Shown here in pieces: positions 19,546-29,275 of a DNA stretch of 64,000 nucleotides. A program made the translations under genes and the position numbers. The stretch lies in contig CAZNOH010000004.1 in NCBI GenBank assembly GCA_964574655.1, positions 2,046-66,045 on the forward strand. The letters are read 5' to 3'. Positions within the stretch are counted from its first letter, which is position 1; each line of letters opens with the position of its first letter. The notes beneath the pieces are model-generated. The model searched no databases. It was given only the letters and a program-made list of their open reading frames with translations, and was not told the origin of the DNA. The DNA is from an uncultured Candidatus Saccharibacteria bacterium. GTDB taxonomy: Bacteria; Patescibacteriota; JABMPQ01; JAQVVF01.

Positions 19546-20457
19546 CTAAAGTTGGGTAGAAGTTTTTAAATATTCATAAACTGAAGTTGCAGATATTGCC
19601 CCTTCTGATGCTGCTGTCACAATTTGTTTTAATTCGTTCGATCCAGTTGTAATATCGCCAGCTGCAAAAACGCCATCAACATTTGTTTTGCAGGCATTGT
19701 CAACAATTATTAAATTATCTTTGTTCAATTCAACATGCAAGCATTGAGCTAAAGCTGTCTGCGGTTTGGCACCGATTTCAATAAATAATCCGCCGACTTC
19801 CAATTCTTTGCCATTATCCAAAATAATTTTTTCTAAGCATTTCTCGCCTTTAGCTTCAATTACATTGGCATTATAGATAACTTCGATTTTTTTATTCTTT
19901 AATATTTGATCAACCCAAATTGGTTCAGCCTTTAATTTTTCTTTACGATAAATCATATAAACTTTGCTGGCATGTTCTGCTAAAAGTAAAGTTGAAACAG
20001 CAGCTGAATTTCCACCGCCGACAACTGCGATTACTTTGCCTTTGCAAAAAATAGCATCGCAAGTAGCACAATAAGCAACGCCTTTGCCAGTTAATTCTTT
20101 TTCTCCAGGAACATTTAACTTTCTTCTTTCAGAACCTAAAGCTAAAATAATTGATTTTGATTGATAGTGCTTGTCAGGAGTCAAAATAGTGAAAAGACTG
20201 TCTTCTTTTTTAATATCAGAGATTTCTTCCATCAAAATCTTAACGCCATAATGTTCAACGTGTTTTTTAAAATCAGCCATTAATTCAATACCAGATTTTC
20301 CTAAAACGCCTGGCCAATTTTCTACTTTTGGAGCAGACATTGCAAGTCCGCCGATTTCTTTGGCCAATACTAAAGTATTAATTTTATATCTGGCTGCATA
20401 GATTGCAGCTGTATAACCTGCTGGACCAGCTCCAATTATTATTAAATCGTATATCAT
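19546..20457 (-). CDS. trxB: Thioredoxin-disulfide reductase
   Basis: GAGPAGYTAAIYAAR FAD site; CATCD redox centre. Confidence 0.85.
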   Translation of the reverse strand: MIYDLIIIGAGPAGYTAAIYAARYKINTLVLAKEIGGLAMSAPKVENWPGVLGKSGIELMADFKKHVEHYGVKILMEEISDIKKEDSLFTILTPDKHYQSKSIILALGSERRKLNVPGEKELTGKGVAYCATCDAIFCKGKVIAVVGGGNSAAVSTLLLAEHASKVYMIYRKEKLKAEPIWVDQILKNKKIEVIYNANVIEAKGEKCLEKIILDNGKELEVGGLFIEIGAKPQTALAQCLHVELNKDNLIIVDNACKTNVDGVFAAGDITTGSNELKQIVTAASEGAISATSVYEYLKTSTQL

Positions 20458-20460
20458 AAA

Positions 20461-21936
20461 TTATTTTAACTTCTTTAAAACTTTATCCTTACTAGGTTCT
20501 TTACCATGTTCAGTAATATATTCCAAAATGAATTTGTCTGCTTTTTCTAAATATTCTCCAATCTCTTTACCAGGTTTTAAATTAAAATTAGCCATAATAT
20601 CTTGCCCATCAATAACATGTCTAAATGTTTTGATTTCTGATTTTTTGAATTGTTCGCGCATATTATTAATATAATTGCGAACTTCTGTAATTCTTGCTAA
20701 ATTTTTTTCTTGAGTTGGACCATATGATGCTTTTGTATCAACATAATATAAATCTAAAAGTTCATCACCTAATTTCGGATCATCAATAAAATATTTTTTG
20801 ATAGTATTTGGACGCATATCTTCGACTTTTCCGGATACAAAAAACATGTGGTATTTTACCAGCCAGACTATTTCGCTAGTTAATTTGTTTGGCAATTTTA
20901 AACGGTTGCAGACTATGGAAGCTACTTTTGCTCCTTCTTCAGAATGTTCGTCTGATCTGACTCGGTCAACTCCATCTTTTTCTGGAGTTTTTGTTGTGCT
21001 TGGTTTACCAATGTCATGAAGTAAAGTTGCTAGCTTGAAGCGGACTGTTGTATTTTTTTGAATAAAACTTAAAGCCAGTTTTGTGTGTTCATAAACATCA
21101 CCTTCTTCATGAAATTCTTTTGGCTGGACAATTCCTTTGCATTCTTCAATTTCTGGCAATAAAATATTTAGTAATTTACATTGATCATAAAGATCTAGAA
21201 ATTTAACTGGATTTGCATCAAGTGATTTTAATAATTCTTTGGAAACTGTTTCAAATGGAACAGCATCTAAAATTTTTGGAGCATCATCTTTGATTGCCGT
21301 CCAAGTTTTTTCTTCAATTTTAAAATTAAATTTTAAGGAAAATCTGATAGCTCTTAAGATTCTAGAATAATCTTCTTGGAATCTTTTTGCAGGATTGCCG
21401 ACTGCTTTGATTATTTTATTCTCAATATCTCGTTGACCTAAATATGGATCAACTAAAGCGTCATTTTTAATATCATAAGCAATGGCGTTGATTGTTAAAT
21501 CACGTCTAGATAGATCAATTTCAATTGGCAATTCTGGATCTGATTGAACATCGAAATCGCGATATGCGCCAGTTCCTAAGGCCTCTTCTGTTCTAGGCAA
21601 GGCAATATCAAAAGCCTCCATTTTTTGGCCCATAAATTCTGGATCTTTTGGAACAAATTTAAAAACACCGAAAGATGCGCCAACTAATTCAACTGATCCA
21701 TATTTTCCTAAAAACTTTTTGAGATCATCTGCCTTAATCTTAGTAACAACAAAATCAAGATCTTTAGATTCTAAACCTAAAATTTGATCACGCACAAAAC
21801 CGCCGACTAAATATATTTTGGCGTCTTTAAAATCGTTAATTAATGCATCAAGAAATTCAAAAGTCTTGGCTTTTTTAGCATTAATGATATAATTCTTTAG
21901 GTTTTCTGTAGGATTATGATTCATGGAATTATGCAC
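20461..21936 (-). CDS. cca: CCA-adding tRNA nucleotidyltransferase with HD domain
   Basis: GGFVRD...DLDFVV Pol-beta NTase motifs; HDIGK HD motif. Confidence 0.75.
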   Translation of the reverse strand: MHNSMNHNPTENLKNYIINAKKAKTFEFLDALINDFKDAKIYLVGGFVRDQILGLESKDLDFVVTKIKADDLKKFLGKYGSVELVGASFGVFKFVPKDPEFMGQKMEAFDIALPRTEEALGTGAYRDFDVQSDPELPIEIDLSRRDLTINAIAYDIKNDALVDPYLGQRDIENKIIKAVGNPAKRFQEDYSRILRAIRFSLKFNFKIEEKTWTAIKDDAPKILDAVPFETVSKELLKSLDANPVKFLDLYDQCKLLNILLPEIEECKGIVQPKEFHEEGDVYEHTKLALSFIQKNTTVRFKLATLLHDIGKPSTTKTPEKDGVDRVRSDEHSEEGAKVASIVCNRLKLPNKLTSEIVWLVKYHMFFVSGKVEDMRPNTIKKYFIDDPKLGDELLDLYYVDTKASYGPTQEKNLARITEVRNYINNMREQFKKSEIKTFRHVIDGQDIMANFNLKPGKEIGEYLEKADKFILEYITEHGKEPSKDKVLKKLK

Positions 21937-22028
21937 TGAAACTCGGTTTTTGAAAAAACCGAGTTTCTAGGTTTCTAAAAAACTAGTTTCTCATAAATAT
22001 TTTACCTTAAATTTAACTTTGCGTAAAT

Positions 22029-22060
22029 AAAAAAAGGCATTCTAAATTGATTATGCCTTT
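22029..22060 (-). terminator. Hairpin terminator overlapping the stop of 22051-22353
   Basis: aggcattctaaattgattatgcct with an A-run on the plus strand. Confidence 0.5.
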
Positions 22061-22353
22061 CGCAATTCCCAAATAATAGTGCGACGTTGATCATCAAGAC
22101 CGCATCCAATTATGAACGAGATTTCATCTTCTAACAATGTTTCAACAAAATCTTCCAAAATAATTCTTGGAATCGAGGATTTTGGAGTTCTGAAATCGAT
22201 GATCACGTCTTGATCCTGAAAATTTCTGGCAACAACAATTCGTCCATCCCAAAGCCTGAACTCAACTTCTAGATTATGCTTGAGCTGATCATCTAGTTGA
22301 TAAGGATTCGACATGTATCCGAGTAAATCAGACTGGTCTTGCAGTTCTCTCAA
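22051..22353 (-). CDS. Hypothetical 100-aa protein (foreign cassette); probable TTG start behind a GGGAGG SD. The ORF track extends it to ATG at 22383
   Basis: GC about 45%; aaaGGGAGGtgtacc-TTG; every other foreign cassette has GGAGG 6-10 nt before its start. Confidence 0.45.
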   Translation of the reverse strand: MRELQDQSDLLGYMSNPYQLDDQLKHNLEVEFRLWDGRIVVARNFQDQDVIIDFRTPKSSIPRIILEDFVETLLEDEISFIIGCGLDDQRRTIIWELRKA

Positions 22354-22402
22354 GGTACACCTCCCTTTTCTGCGTGTATTCAATACTATACTAATTTATC
22401 AT

Positions 22403-23596
22403 TTAAGTCAACAGGATAAAGACCTTGTCATTTTTTCTAACTCGCTTATCAACTCTCAAAGCCACTAAGTCACTTTTTTTAGCTTTTGTAATTTTTTGAT
22501 GATTGTTTTCGAGTGAACTAATTTTTTGTTCAAAGAAACTTGTTTGTCCTTCAACTAAAATTTTATCGCCAATCTTTAATGAATGGTGTTTCAAATCAAT
22601 TTCCGCAACTTTTATATTAGCATAATAATTTGTTACATAGCCAACTAGAACTTTTTTAACTGCACTTGCATTGTCAGCTTTTTCATAACTAATTCCAGAT
22701 TTATCAGGCTTACTAAAATAAAAGCCAGTTGAATAGCCTCGATTATAAACAGTATCTAATTCAGCCTGCCATTTATTTACTTTTTCCTGACTAAATGTTT
22801 TATCAAAATAAGCATTAACTGCTTCTTTATAGCATCTTGAAGTTACTTCGATGTATCTTGGATCTCTGCGCCTACCTTCAATCTTAAATGAATCAATGCC
22901 AGCTTTGATTAATTCTGGAACATATTTGATCATGCATAAATCTTTTGCAGACATAAAATATTGGCCTTTGTTAACTATTTTTTTTCCTTCTGGATCTTGC
23001 AAAATCCATTCTTTACGGCAAGGTTGAGAACAAGTTCCGCAATTAGCTGATGTGCCATATAGATAGCTAGATAAAATACAACGGCCAGAAATTGCCAAAC
23101 ACATTGCGCCATGGACGAATGTTTCTATTTCTATCTTAACTTTTTTCTTTAATTTCTTGATATCCTGCAAAGACATTTCACGTGCTAAGACAATTCTTTT
23201 TGCGCCAAGTTTTTGATAAAATATTGCTGTTTTGTAATTGCTAATATTCGCTTGTGTGGAAATGAAGAAATTGACCTTAAACTTTTTAGCTAGCTCAACT
23301 AAGCTTAAATCCCAAATTATAATGGCATCAACGCCTACTTGTTTGGCTTTTTTTATCAATTTTTCGGCTTTTTTGAGGTCATTATTATAGATGGCGGAAT
23401 TGACCGTTAAGTAGCTTTTTAAGCCAAATCGATGGCATTTTTTAATAAATCTAGGCATATCCCTTAATTTAATGCCTGAATGAGCGCGCATGCTTAGATT
23501 ATCAGAAATGCCAAAATAGACTGCGTCAGCGTAATCTTTGCAGGCATCAAGTGAAGCAAAATCGCGAATTGGGCTCATTGTTTCTGGTTGTTTCAT
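22403..23596 (-). CDS. Peptidase U32 family protein (RlhA/TrhP-type RNA hydroxylation enzyme family)
   Basis: GAMCLAISGRCILSSYL...CGTCSQPCR signature. Confidence 0.75.
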   Translation of the reverse strand: MKQPETMSPIRDFASLDACKDYADAVYFGISDNLSMRAHSGIKLRDMPRFIKKCHRFGLKSYLTVNSAIYNNDLKKAEKLIKKAKQVGVDAIIIWDLSLVELAKKFKVNFFISTQANISNYKTAIFYQKLGAKRIVLAREMSLQDIKKLKKKVKIEIETFVHGAMCLAISGRCILSSYLYGTSANCGTCSQPCRKEWILQDPEGKKIVNKGQYFMSAKDLCMIKYVPELIKAGIDSFKIEGRRRDPRYIEVTSRCYKEAVNAYFDKTFSQEKVNKWQAELDTVYNRGYSTGFYFSKPDKSGISYEKADNASAVKKVLVGYVTNYYANIKVAEIDLKHHSLKIGDKILVEGQTSFFEQKISSLENNHQKITKAKKSDLVALRVDKRVRKNDKVFILLT

Positions 23597-23669
23597 AATT
23601 TGGTATTGTCACATTTTAAAACATAAAAGTCAAGAATACAAAAACAAGGCCTAAAGCCTTGTTTTAATT

Positions 23670-25064
23670 TTACTTAACTCCGATTCCGAACCAATATTTT
23701 GTCTTTTTGAATTTTGTAAAATATTTAACTTTAATTTGCCTTTTATTTTTGACCTGAACAATTTTTGTGTTCTTCCAATATTTGGTTAATTTTTTCCAGT
23801 CTGATTTTTTAGTTCTAAATTTTAAAGTCAGATCAGATTTTTTAAGATCGCTTTGTTTCTTTTTTAAATTATTATAAATTTTCTTACTATATTTGAAAGT
23901 AACTTGAATTTGATATTTTTGGCTAGCATTAGCAGATATATAATTTTTTAAATTTGTTTCTAGCTTCCAATATCTTTTTAAAGTCTTGTTTTTGTTGTCT
24001 AACCATTTTGGCGGATATTTGTTATATTGCGTCCATTTCATCCAATAAGCCTTGTCTTGAGTTAAGATGCTTGGCAGGCTTTTAAAATAGATAACTAGTT
24101 TTTGACCTGTTAAGGTATATCCGTTCAAAGCATTTTCTAAAACAATTCTATCATTATTAACTAAATTCTGTTCTTCTTGTTGCCTTTCCTCCTCTTCTAT
24201 TACTTCGGCGCAATTTTGATAATAAAAAGGATAATTAGAATATGCAAAAATTTGCGGAGTGGCATCTTCGGCTAGATAAATATTAGTAGTTGTATTTGGA
24301 CAAGCAGGCTGTACAGCAACACCTTCTTGAGCGCTACCTGGCATATTATAGCTATTTAAAACTGTGCCATTAGCTTGCATTTCTAAAAGTAAATCAGAAC
24401 TATCAAAAATAGCGTACAAAATTTGAGTTGAAGGTTCGTAATCTAAGCCCGATAAATCTGTTGTACCTGCTTGTGGAATAATGTTACCAATAAAGCCTAC
24501 TGAATTGCTGACGCTTAAATTAATGTCAAAAACATAGATCTTGCCATCACCTTGATGGCCGGTATAAAATAAACCGCCAGAAGCAGAATTAGAATACGGA
24601 TGATCGTTGTTTGGGACAAAGGTTAAAGCCTCTAAACCTTGACCTGAAATATCCGGCATCCAAGATGACAAATCCCAAGATTTGCCAGTCATTGCCCAAG
24701 TATTGAGATCAAATTCATAAATAGTTCTGTTATCCTCACGGCCAACGTAAATATAATTACTGCTTGGATTAGCAACTGTAATGCCCTCTAAATCAAAGGC
24801 ACTACCATAATACCAATTGTGCAAAATTGCGCCTGTACTAGTCATTTCTGTAATATTGCCAGAATCACCAACTACAAATAATGTGCCTAATCTAGAATGC
24901 CAAGCCAAGCCGCTTGGTTCATAAACTATTGGATCAGGAGGTAAATTTGTACCAATATCCGTGCCTGTTCCTGCTGGCCAAGGATTGGCAGCATAAGAAT
25001 TAGAAGAAAGCAAAAAAAATAACCCGAAAATCAGTGTTGCAGAATAAGATAATATTTTTGTCAT
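23670..25064 (-). CDS. Secreted beta-propeller-like protein with Lys/Trp-rich C-terminal tail
   Basis: Signal peptide; SGLAWHSRLGTLFVVGDSG; 4-nt ATGA overlap with the upstream NYN gene. Confidence 0.55.
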   Translation of the reverse strand: MTKILSYSATLIFGLFFLLSSNSYAANPWPAGTGTDIGTNLPPDPIVYEPSGLAWHSRLGTLFVVGDSGNITEMTSTGAILHNWYYGSAFDLEGITVANPSSNYIYVGREDNRTIYEFDLNTWAMTGKSWDLSSWMPDISGQGLEALTFVPNNDHPYSNSASGGLFYTGHQGDGKIYVFDINLSVSNSVGFIGNIIPQAGTTDLSGLDYEPSTQILYAIFDSSDLLLEMQANGTVLNSYNMPGSAQEGVAVQPACPNTTTNIYLAEDATPQIFAYSNYPFYYQNCAEVIEEEERQQEEQNLVNNDRIVLENALNGYTLTGQKLVIYFKSLPSILTQDKAYWMKWTQYNKYPPKWLDNKNKTLKRYWKLETNLKNYISANASQKYQIQVTFKYSKKIYNNLKKKQSDLKKSDLTLKFRTKKSDWKKLTKYWKNTKIVQVKNKRQIKVKYFTKFKKTKYWFGIGVK

Positions 25065-25726
25065 TTTGTTTTAGTATTTTCTTTTTTTATAAATTTTCTT
25101 AAATCTGCTTCAACAAGAATTCTCTGAATATCAGTACAGGCAATCATTGTTTGTAATGGCTTGGTTGCATTTTCTTTGTTGACAAGCATAGAAAAACCAA
25201 TGTATTCAACTTTTTTGTGATGTCGTCTCCTAATCCAATCTATGGCTGGAACTAAATCAGCATCCGAACTAATTAATATTGCTGTATCATATTTGTCATC
25301 AACTGCGCCGACGATTAAATCAGTTGCTAATTTTACGTCAATTCCCTTTTCCCGCATTCTTTCATATTCAATATACTTAACACCTTGAGCTAAAAGTTTT
25401 TTATAATTTTTTGTTCTGCTATCTATCATTGTTTTTTCTGTTCTGATTCTAAGCTTACTTGTCTTAATATGCCATTTTGTTGCTTTCAAAATATTAAAAA
25501 ATTTGGTCTGCGTTGACATTGCTATTTTGCTTTTTGGATTATCTTGTTGCTCGCGAACACTTCCGACATAAAATCTTTTGCTAACAACATTCCTGCCATT
25601 TGCAAGAAAATCAACAAATTCGTCAAATAAAAATGAAGATTCTTGAGTATTTAATTTTTTGATTGCTAAATGATGAAAATTACCGCCATCAATATAAATA
25701 CAGATTCTTTCTTTTTTGTTTATCAT
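25061..25726 (-). CDS. NYN-domain (PIN-like, LabA-type) protein
   Basis: IYIDGGNF...REKGIDVKLATDLIVGAVDDKYDTAILISSDADLVPAIDWIRRR. Confidence 0.7.
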   Translation of the reverse strand: MINKKERICIYIDGGNFHHLAIKKLNTQESSFLFDEFVDFLANGRNVVSKRFYVGSVREQQDNPKSKIAMSTQTKFFNILKATKWHIKTSKLRIRTEKTMIDSRTKNYKKLLAQGVKYIEYERMREKGIDVKLATDLIVGAVDDKYDTAILISSDADLVPAIDWIRRRHHKKVEYIGFSMLVNKENATKPLQTMIACTDIQRILVEADLRKFIKKENTKTK

Positions 25727-25867
25727 ATTTTAAATTTTAACATAAAATAAAAAATCCTGCACACTCTTCCACTTGCGTGGAACAGGCACAGGAGACTTTA
25801 TGTTTTTAATATAACAGGAATATAGATGTTGTCAAGATTTTTTGGGTATAACATATACAAACTCGAA

Positions 25868-25938
25868 CGGGCGAGGAAGGAATTGAACCCTCAGTTTCAG
25901 CTTTGGAGGCTGATGGTTTACCGTTAACCGACTCGCCC
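25868..25938 (-). tRNA. tRNA-Trp (anticodon CCA)
   Basis: Cloverleaf folded by eye: acceptor GGGCGAG/CTCGCCC, anticodon loop CTCCAAA, T-loop TTCAATT; no encoded 3' CCA. Confidence 0.7.
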
Positions 25939-26592
25939 ATGTATATTCAAAAATGCTTTTGCTATATATAGAATTTCTTTTGCGAAGCTAGTATCATAAT
26001 AACAAACATTCACACAGCCGGGATAACCTTCTTTAATGCGTTTAGCAGTATGCGGTTTCTGATATGGCTTTATAAATTGCGATTTTTTTATGCCCGTAAC
26101 TTTTGACCAGAATAAAATTTGTTTCTGAATTGAATGATACTCGTGCAAATGTAATGCAACTCTAAAATTTTTTTCATCAATATCAAATGCAGATCGCAAT
26201 AAGAAAACAAATGTTTTAATTAATTTGGGATCAGAATTAGTAAATTGTATCTTTCGGGGACTTTTGGCGCCTTCACACCAATATAGCAACGCGCAAATTA
26301 TTTTTTGATGGTCTTTAGAGAATAAATTATCTCTGACTAGGCTTTTTGACTTTTCACTAATTATTTTTTCAAAATTTTCTCGCTTTCTTCTTTGTACTAA
26401 TTTTGACTTTTCTCTTCCGAAAATTCCTCTTTTAATTAGTCTAGTTTTAGCTTGATTAGATAATTTAATATTTTTTAGCCAAAAAGAAGCAGTACTCTTA
26501 GAAATTACTACTTTCTCGGAGATTTCATTCAACGAAAAACCGGCTTTTCTCAACTTGATTGCTTTTTGGTATTTTTCTTTTAATCTAATCAT
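25924..26592 (-). CDS. HTH-domain protein with a possible LAGLIDADG-like core; 3' end overlaps tRNA-Trp by 15 nt
   Basis: N-terminal GFSLNEISEKVVISKSTASFWLKN HTH; LLYWCEGAKS. Confidence 0.45.
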   Translation of the reverse strand: MIRLKEKYQKAIKLRKAGFSLNEISEKVVISKSTASFWLKNIKLSNQAKTRLIKRGIFGREKSKLVQRRKRENFEKIISEKSKSLVRDNLFSKDHQKIICALLYWCEGAKSPRKIQFTNSDPKLIKTFVFLLRSAFDIDEKNFRVALHLHEYHSIQKQILFWSKVTGIKKSQFIKPYQKPHTAKRIKEGYPGCVNVCYYDTSFAKEILYIAKAFLNIHGRVG

Positions 26593-26649
26593 CGAACCTA
26601 TAATAATGATTACGTATAAGCACTATTATTATAACGTAGATTTTAAAGG

Positions 26650-26780
26650 ACTGAAATCCTAAATCCCAAATCCCAAAAAACAAACAAATTACAAATCACA
26701 AACTACAAAATTTGTTTCTTGGTTTGTTCTTTGTAATTTGGGATTTGTTTGGAATTTGGAATTTGTTATTTCGTCTCTTT
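26650..26780. repeat. AT-rich palindrome (caaatcc/ggatttg vocabulary)
   Basis: cctaaatcccaaatcccaaaaaacaaacaaattacaaatcacaaactacaaaatttg mirrored by ttgtttcttggtttgttctttgtaatttgggatttgtttggaatttgg; related copy at 19265-19380. Confidence 0.55.
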
Positions 26781-26921
26781 ATGCATTGCATGCTTCTTGC
26801 ATTTCTTGCAGAATTTTTTAATCTCAATTTTATTTTTAAGAACTTTCTTATTCTTGCGAGAATAATAATTAATTGATTTGCATACTGTGCATTCTAGTTT
26901 GATGAGATTATCTTGTGGCAT
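26766..26921 (-). CDS. rpmG: 50S ribosomal protein L33
   Basis: Not in the ORF track (51 aa): MPQDNLIKLECTVCKSINYYSRKNKKVLKNKIEIKKFCKKCKKHAMHKETK; L33 Cys4 zinc ribbon. Confidence 0.75.
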   Translation of the reverse strand: MPQDNLIKLECTVCKSINYYSRKNKKVLKNKIEIKKFCKKCKKHAMHKETK

Positions 26922-26998
26922 CGTGGTTGAAAATTAAAAGTTTTATAATTAACCTCAGTATAAGTAAAAAAAATGATTTGGTCAAGGAATTTTGGAAA

Positions 26999-27080
26999 TT
27001 GGAGCGTCAGAACTTCGGAGCGTCAGAGCGTCGGACGTTACGCCGTTCTGACGCTCCGATTTCCGACGTTCTGAAGCTCC
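26999..27080. repeat. 80-nt imperfect inverted repeat (ggagcgtcagaac / gttctgacgctcc) at the left boundary of the high-GC island
   Basis: ttggagcgtcagaacttcggagcgtc ... gacgctccgatttccgacgttctgaagctccaa. Confidence 0.5.
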
Positions 27081-27091
27081 AATTTACGAAT

Positions 27092-27120
27092 AAAAAAAAG
27101 AAGACCGGTAAGGGTCTTCT
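27092..27120 (-). terminator. Rho-independent terminator of the 617-aa high-GC gene
   Basis: agaagacc-ggtaa-gggtcttct followed on the minus strand by U7. Confidence 0.65.
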
Positions 27121-27215
27121 GAAGGAACGGGAATAGATAGAAATGTGCGGGTAGGTCTGCGTCACGTTGCGTGAGCAGAAACTGAAGTTGTCTGAAGTGT
27201 TGTTGGAAGGTTTTA

Positions 27216-29069
27216 TCAGCCGCCGTTGCCCTTCAGCCGTGGCTTGGCGCTGATCTGCTCGACCGGCTGACCATTGAGCCAGGCGGCCGTCTCGTCCGGC
27301 GTGGCCTCGTTGCTCTGCCCGCTGCCACCCTCGTTGCCGTGGGTGCCGCGCGGGTTCCTCTTCTGGATCGCGCTGCGGACCTGCGGCCCGTCCGGGTTCT
27401 TGGCCATGTACTTCTCGATGCGCATCTTCAGCGTCATCGTCCACAGCTTCCCGATGGCCAAACTGCCGTCCCGCCAGCTGTCATGCTGGTCCTGGGACAT
27501 CTCGTACAGCTCCGCGGCTTGCTCGGGCGTGAGGCTCGAGTCGCTCTTCAGCTTCTCGACGATGAGCTGCTTGCGCAGCTCCATCGCCTGCCACGCCTCC
27601 CACGCCGTCAGCACCACCAGCCGAGGCACCCAGAACTTCCCGCCGCCCTCGGCCTTCTTCAGTCGCCCCTCCTTGTCCACGACCCGGACCGGCACGATCG
27701 CCGTCCGGAAGAGGGGCTTGTTTTCCCGCCCGTAGGTGGTGAGCTGCGTCCCCTCTTCGCTGTTGTTGGGGTTGTCGCTCTTCACCATCAGGCCAGGGTC
27801 GGCCCGGAACCTCTCCAGGTCACCCCAGGACCGAGAGATTTCGGCCGTATTCAGCTTGCCACCGATCAGCCGACGCAACCACTCGATCGTGGCCTCGTGT
27901 TCCTTGTGCTCCTCGCTCGGCGCGGTCTCGGGGGCCAGCTCGATGAGGTCGGCGAGGTCGTCCACGACGCCCTCGACGTACTCGGCCTTCTTGCCCGCCG
28001 CTTCCTTCGCCCGCTGCTCCATCTCGGCGATCTGCTGACGCTCCCACGTCTCGCGGTTGATCTCGTGGATGTTCTTGAGCAGCTGCCATGCTTCCGACCC
28101 GCGGTACTTCCGGCTCTTCTCCATCAGCTCGACACGGAGCGCATCCATGCACTCCTGCGAGAGCTTGCCGGCCAGGGTCTCCGCGTTGCGCTCGTCCTTG
28201 AACTCGGGGTGGTGCTCGGCCATGATCTTGTCCCACACCGCCCACGAGCCTTCGACCATCTCCTTCTCGCGCTTGCCGGCCCACCGAGCCCACTTAATGT
28301 AGCCGTCCTTGTAGGTGAAGCTCAGGGGCTCCCGCAACGCGGGGTTTTCCCGGTTCAGGAGCGGCCGTAGCAGCTTCATCCCCGTCTCGATCTTGCCCAG
28401 CACGGGCATGCAGATCGCCGGGGGCTGCTGGTCCTTGTTGAAGTACCCCGGCTTCAGCTTCTTCATGAGCTGGACGACGGTACCTCGCTTGTCGCCCTGG
28501 GACAGGTGGATCTCGCTCATCGCGATCACCACGATGCCGTTCGGGCTGAAGGCCTGGTTCTCACCGAGCTGATCCGACACCACGAGCACCTCTTCCGGGT
28601 GGAAGAAGCACCCGACGGCCTTCGGGTAGTCCGGCTCGCTCGCCTTGTGGTAGTCCTCGTTGTCCTTCTCGCGCTGCTGCCGGTTGCGCTCCCGCGCGGC
28701 CTTCCGCCGTTGCTGCCGGGCGCGCCTCATGTCCTGCTTCTCCTGCCGGGTGAGCGGGCGCCCGACCTTGGCCTCCTCGGCCGCCTCCTCGGCTTGGGTC
28801 TCCTGCTCGTCCTCGTCGTCCCCGTCCTCGACCACGACGCCGTCCTCCACCACGGGGGCGGGGGGCTCGGCGACGGGCTGCTCGGTCACGATCTCGGTCT
28901 GCTCGGTCTTCTTGACGCGGGGCTTGCGCACCCGCTTCGGCTTCTCGACCTTCTCGGGCTCAACCTGGGCCTCCTCGGCCTGGGTCTCGCCATCCTTCAC
29001 CTCCTTCTTCTGCTCGGTGTTGTTGACGGTGATCTGGGAATCGGTCTTGGGTCCGCGCTTCGTACTCAT
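27216..29069 (-). CDS. Hypothetical 617-aa protein, about 65% GC: N-terminal ~140-aa charged disordered region (KPKRVRKPRVKK) then a large alpha-rich globular region; no recognised family
   Basis: Single long ORF with strong codon periodicity; RBS aGGAGGgtagaagag-ATG; own promoter-like TTGACA...TATAAA and own terminator; the plus-strand ORFs over it are high-GC artefacts. Confidence 0.6.
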   Translation of the reverse strand: MSTKRGPKTDSQITVNNTEQKKEVKDGETQAEEAQVEPEKVEKPKRVRKPRVKKTEQTEIVTEQPVAEPPAPVVEDGVVVEDGDDEDEQETQAEEAAEEAKVGRPLTRQEKQDMRRARQQRRKAARERNRQQREKDNEDYHKASEPDYPKAVGCFFHPEEVLVVSDQLGENQAFSPNGIVVIAMSEIHLSQGDKRGTVVQLMKKLKPGYFNKDQQPPAICMPVLGKIETGMKLLRPLLNRENPALREPLSFTYKDGYIKWARWAGKREKEMVEGSWAVWDKIMAEHHPEFKDERNAETLAGKLSQECMDALRVELMEKSRKYRGSEAWQLLKNIHEINRETWERQQIAEMEQRAKEAAGKKAEYVEGVVDDLADLIELAPETAPSEEHKEHEATIEWLRRLIGGKLNTAEISRSWGDLERFRADPGLMVKSDNPNNSEEGTQLTTYGRENKPLFRTAIVPVRVVDKEGRLKKAEGGGKFWVPRLVVLTAWEAWQAMELRKQLIVEKLKSDSSLTPEQAAELYEMSQDQHDSWRDGSLAIGKLWTMTLKMRIEKYMAKNPDGPQVRSAIQKRNPRGTHGNEGGSGQSNEATPDETAAWLNGQPVEQISAKPRLKGNGG

Positions 29070-29275
29070 CTCTTCTACCCTCCTAGGAGTCTTGGAACCA
29101 GAAACTGAAAACGCGCGCGCTCTAAACGCAGCATTGCACTGCGAAAAGCCATGTCCTGGAATAGTGGGAATAATCTGAATAATAATAATTTTTTATAACC
29201 TTCCAAATTGTCAGTGTTCTAGAATTACTATCAATATCTTGGCTCAAAATATTTTGAGACAAACTGCTGACAGCT

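Noticed and set aside
22051-22383. ATG start at 22383 for the 110-aa foreign ORF
   Set aside because: A GGGAGG motif lies inside that N-terminus with ideal spacing to an in-frame TTG at 22353; by analogy with the other cassettes the TTG start is more likely, though unproven.
27274-29178. Numerous plus-strand ORFs (for example 27339-28370, 28506-29108, 28660-29178) and a minus-strand 27007-27444 ORF over the high-GC island
   Set aside because: Typical stop-codon-poor artefacts of 65% GC DNA. They overlap the single long minus-strand ORF, translate to Ala/Arg/Pro/Leu-rich low-complexity sequence and lack start context.
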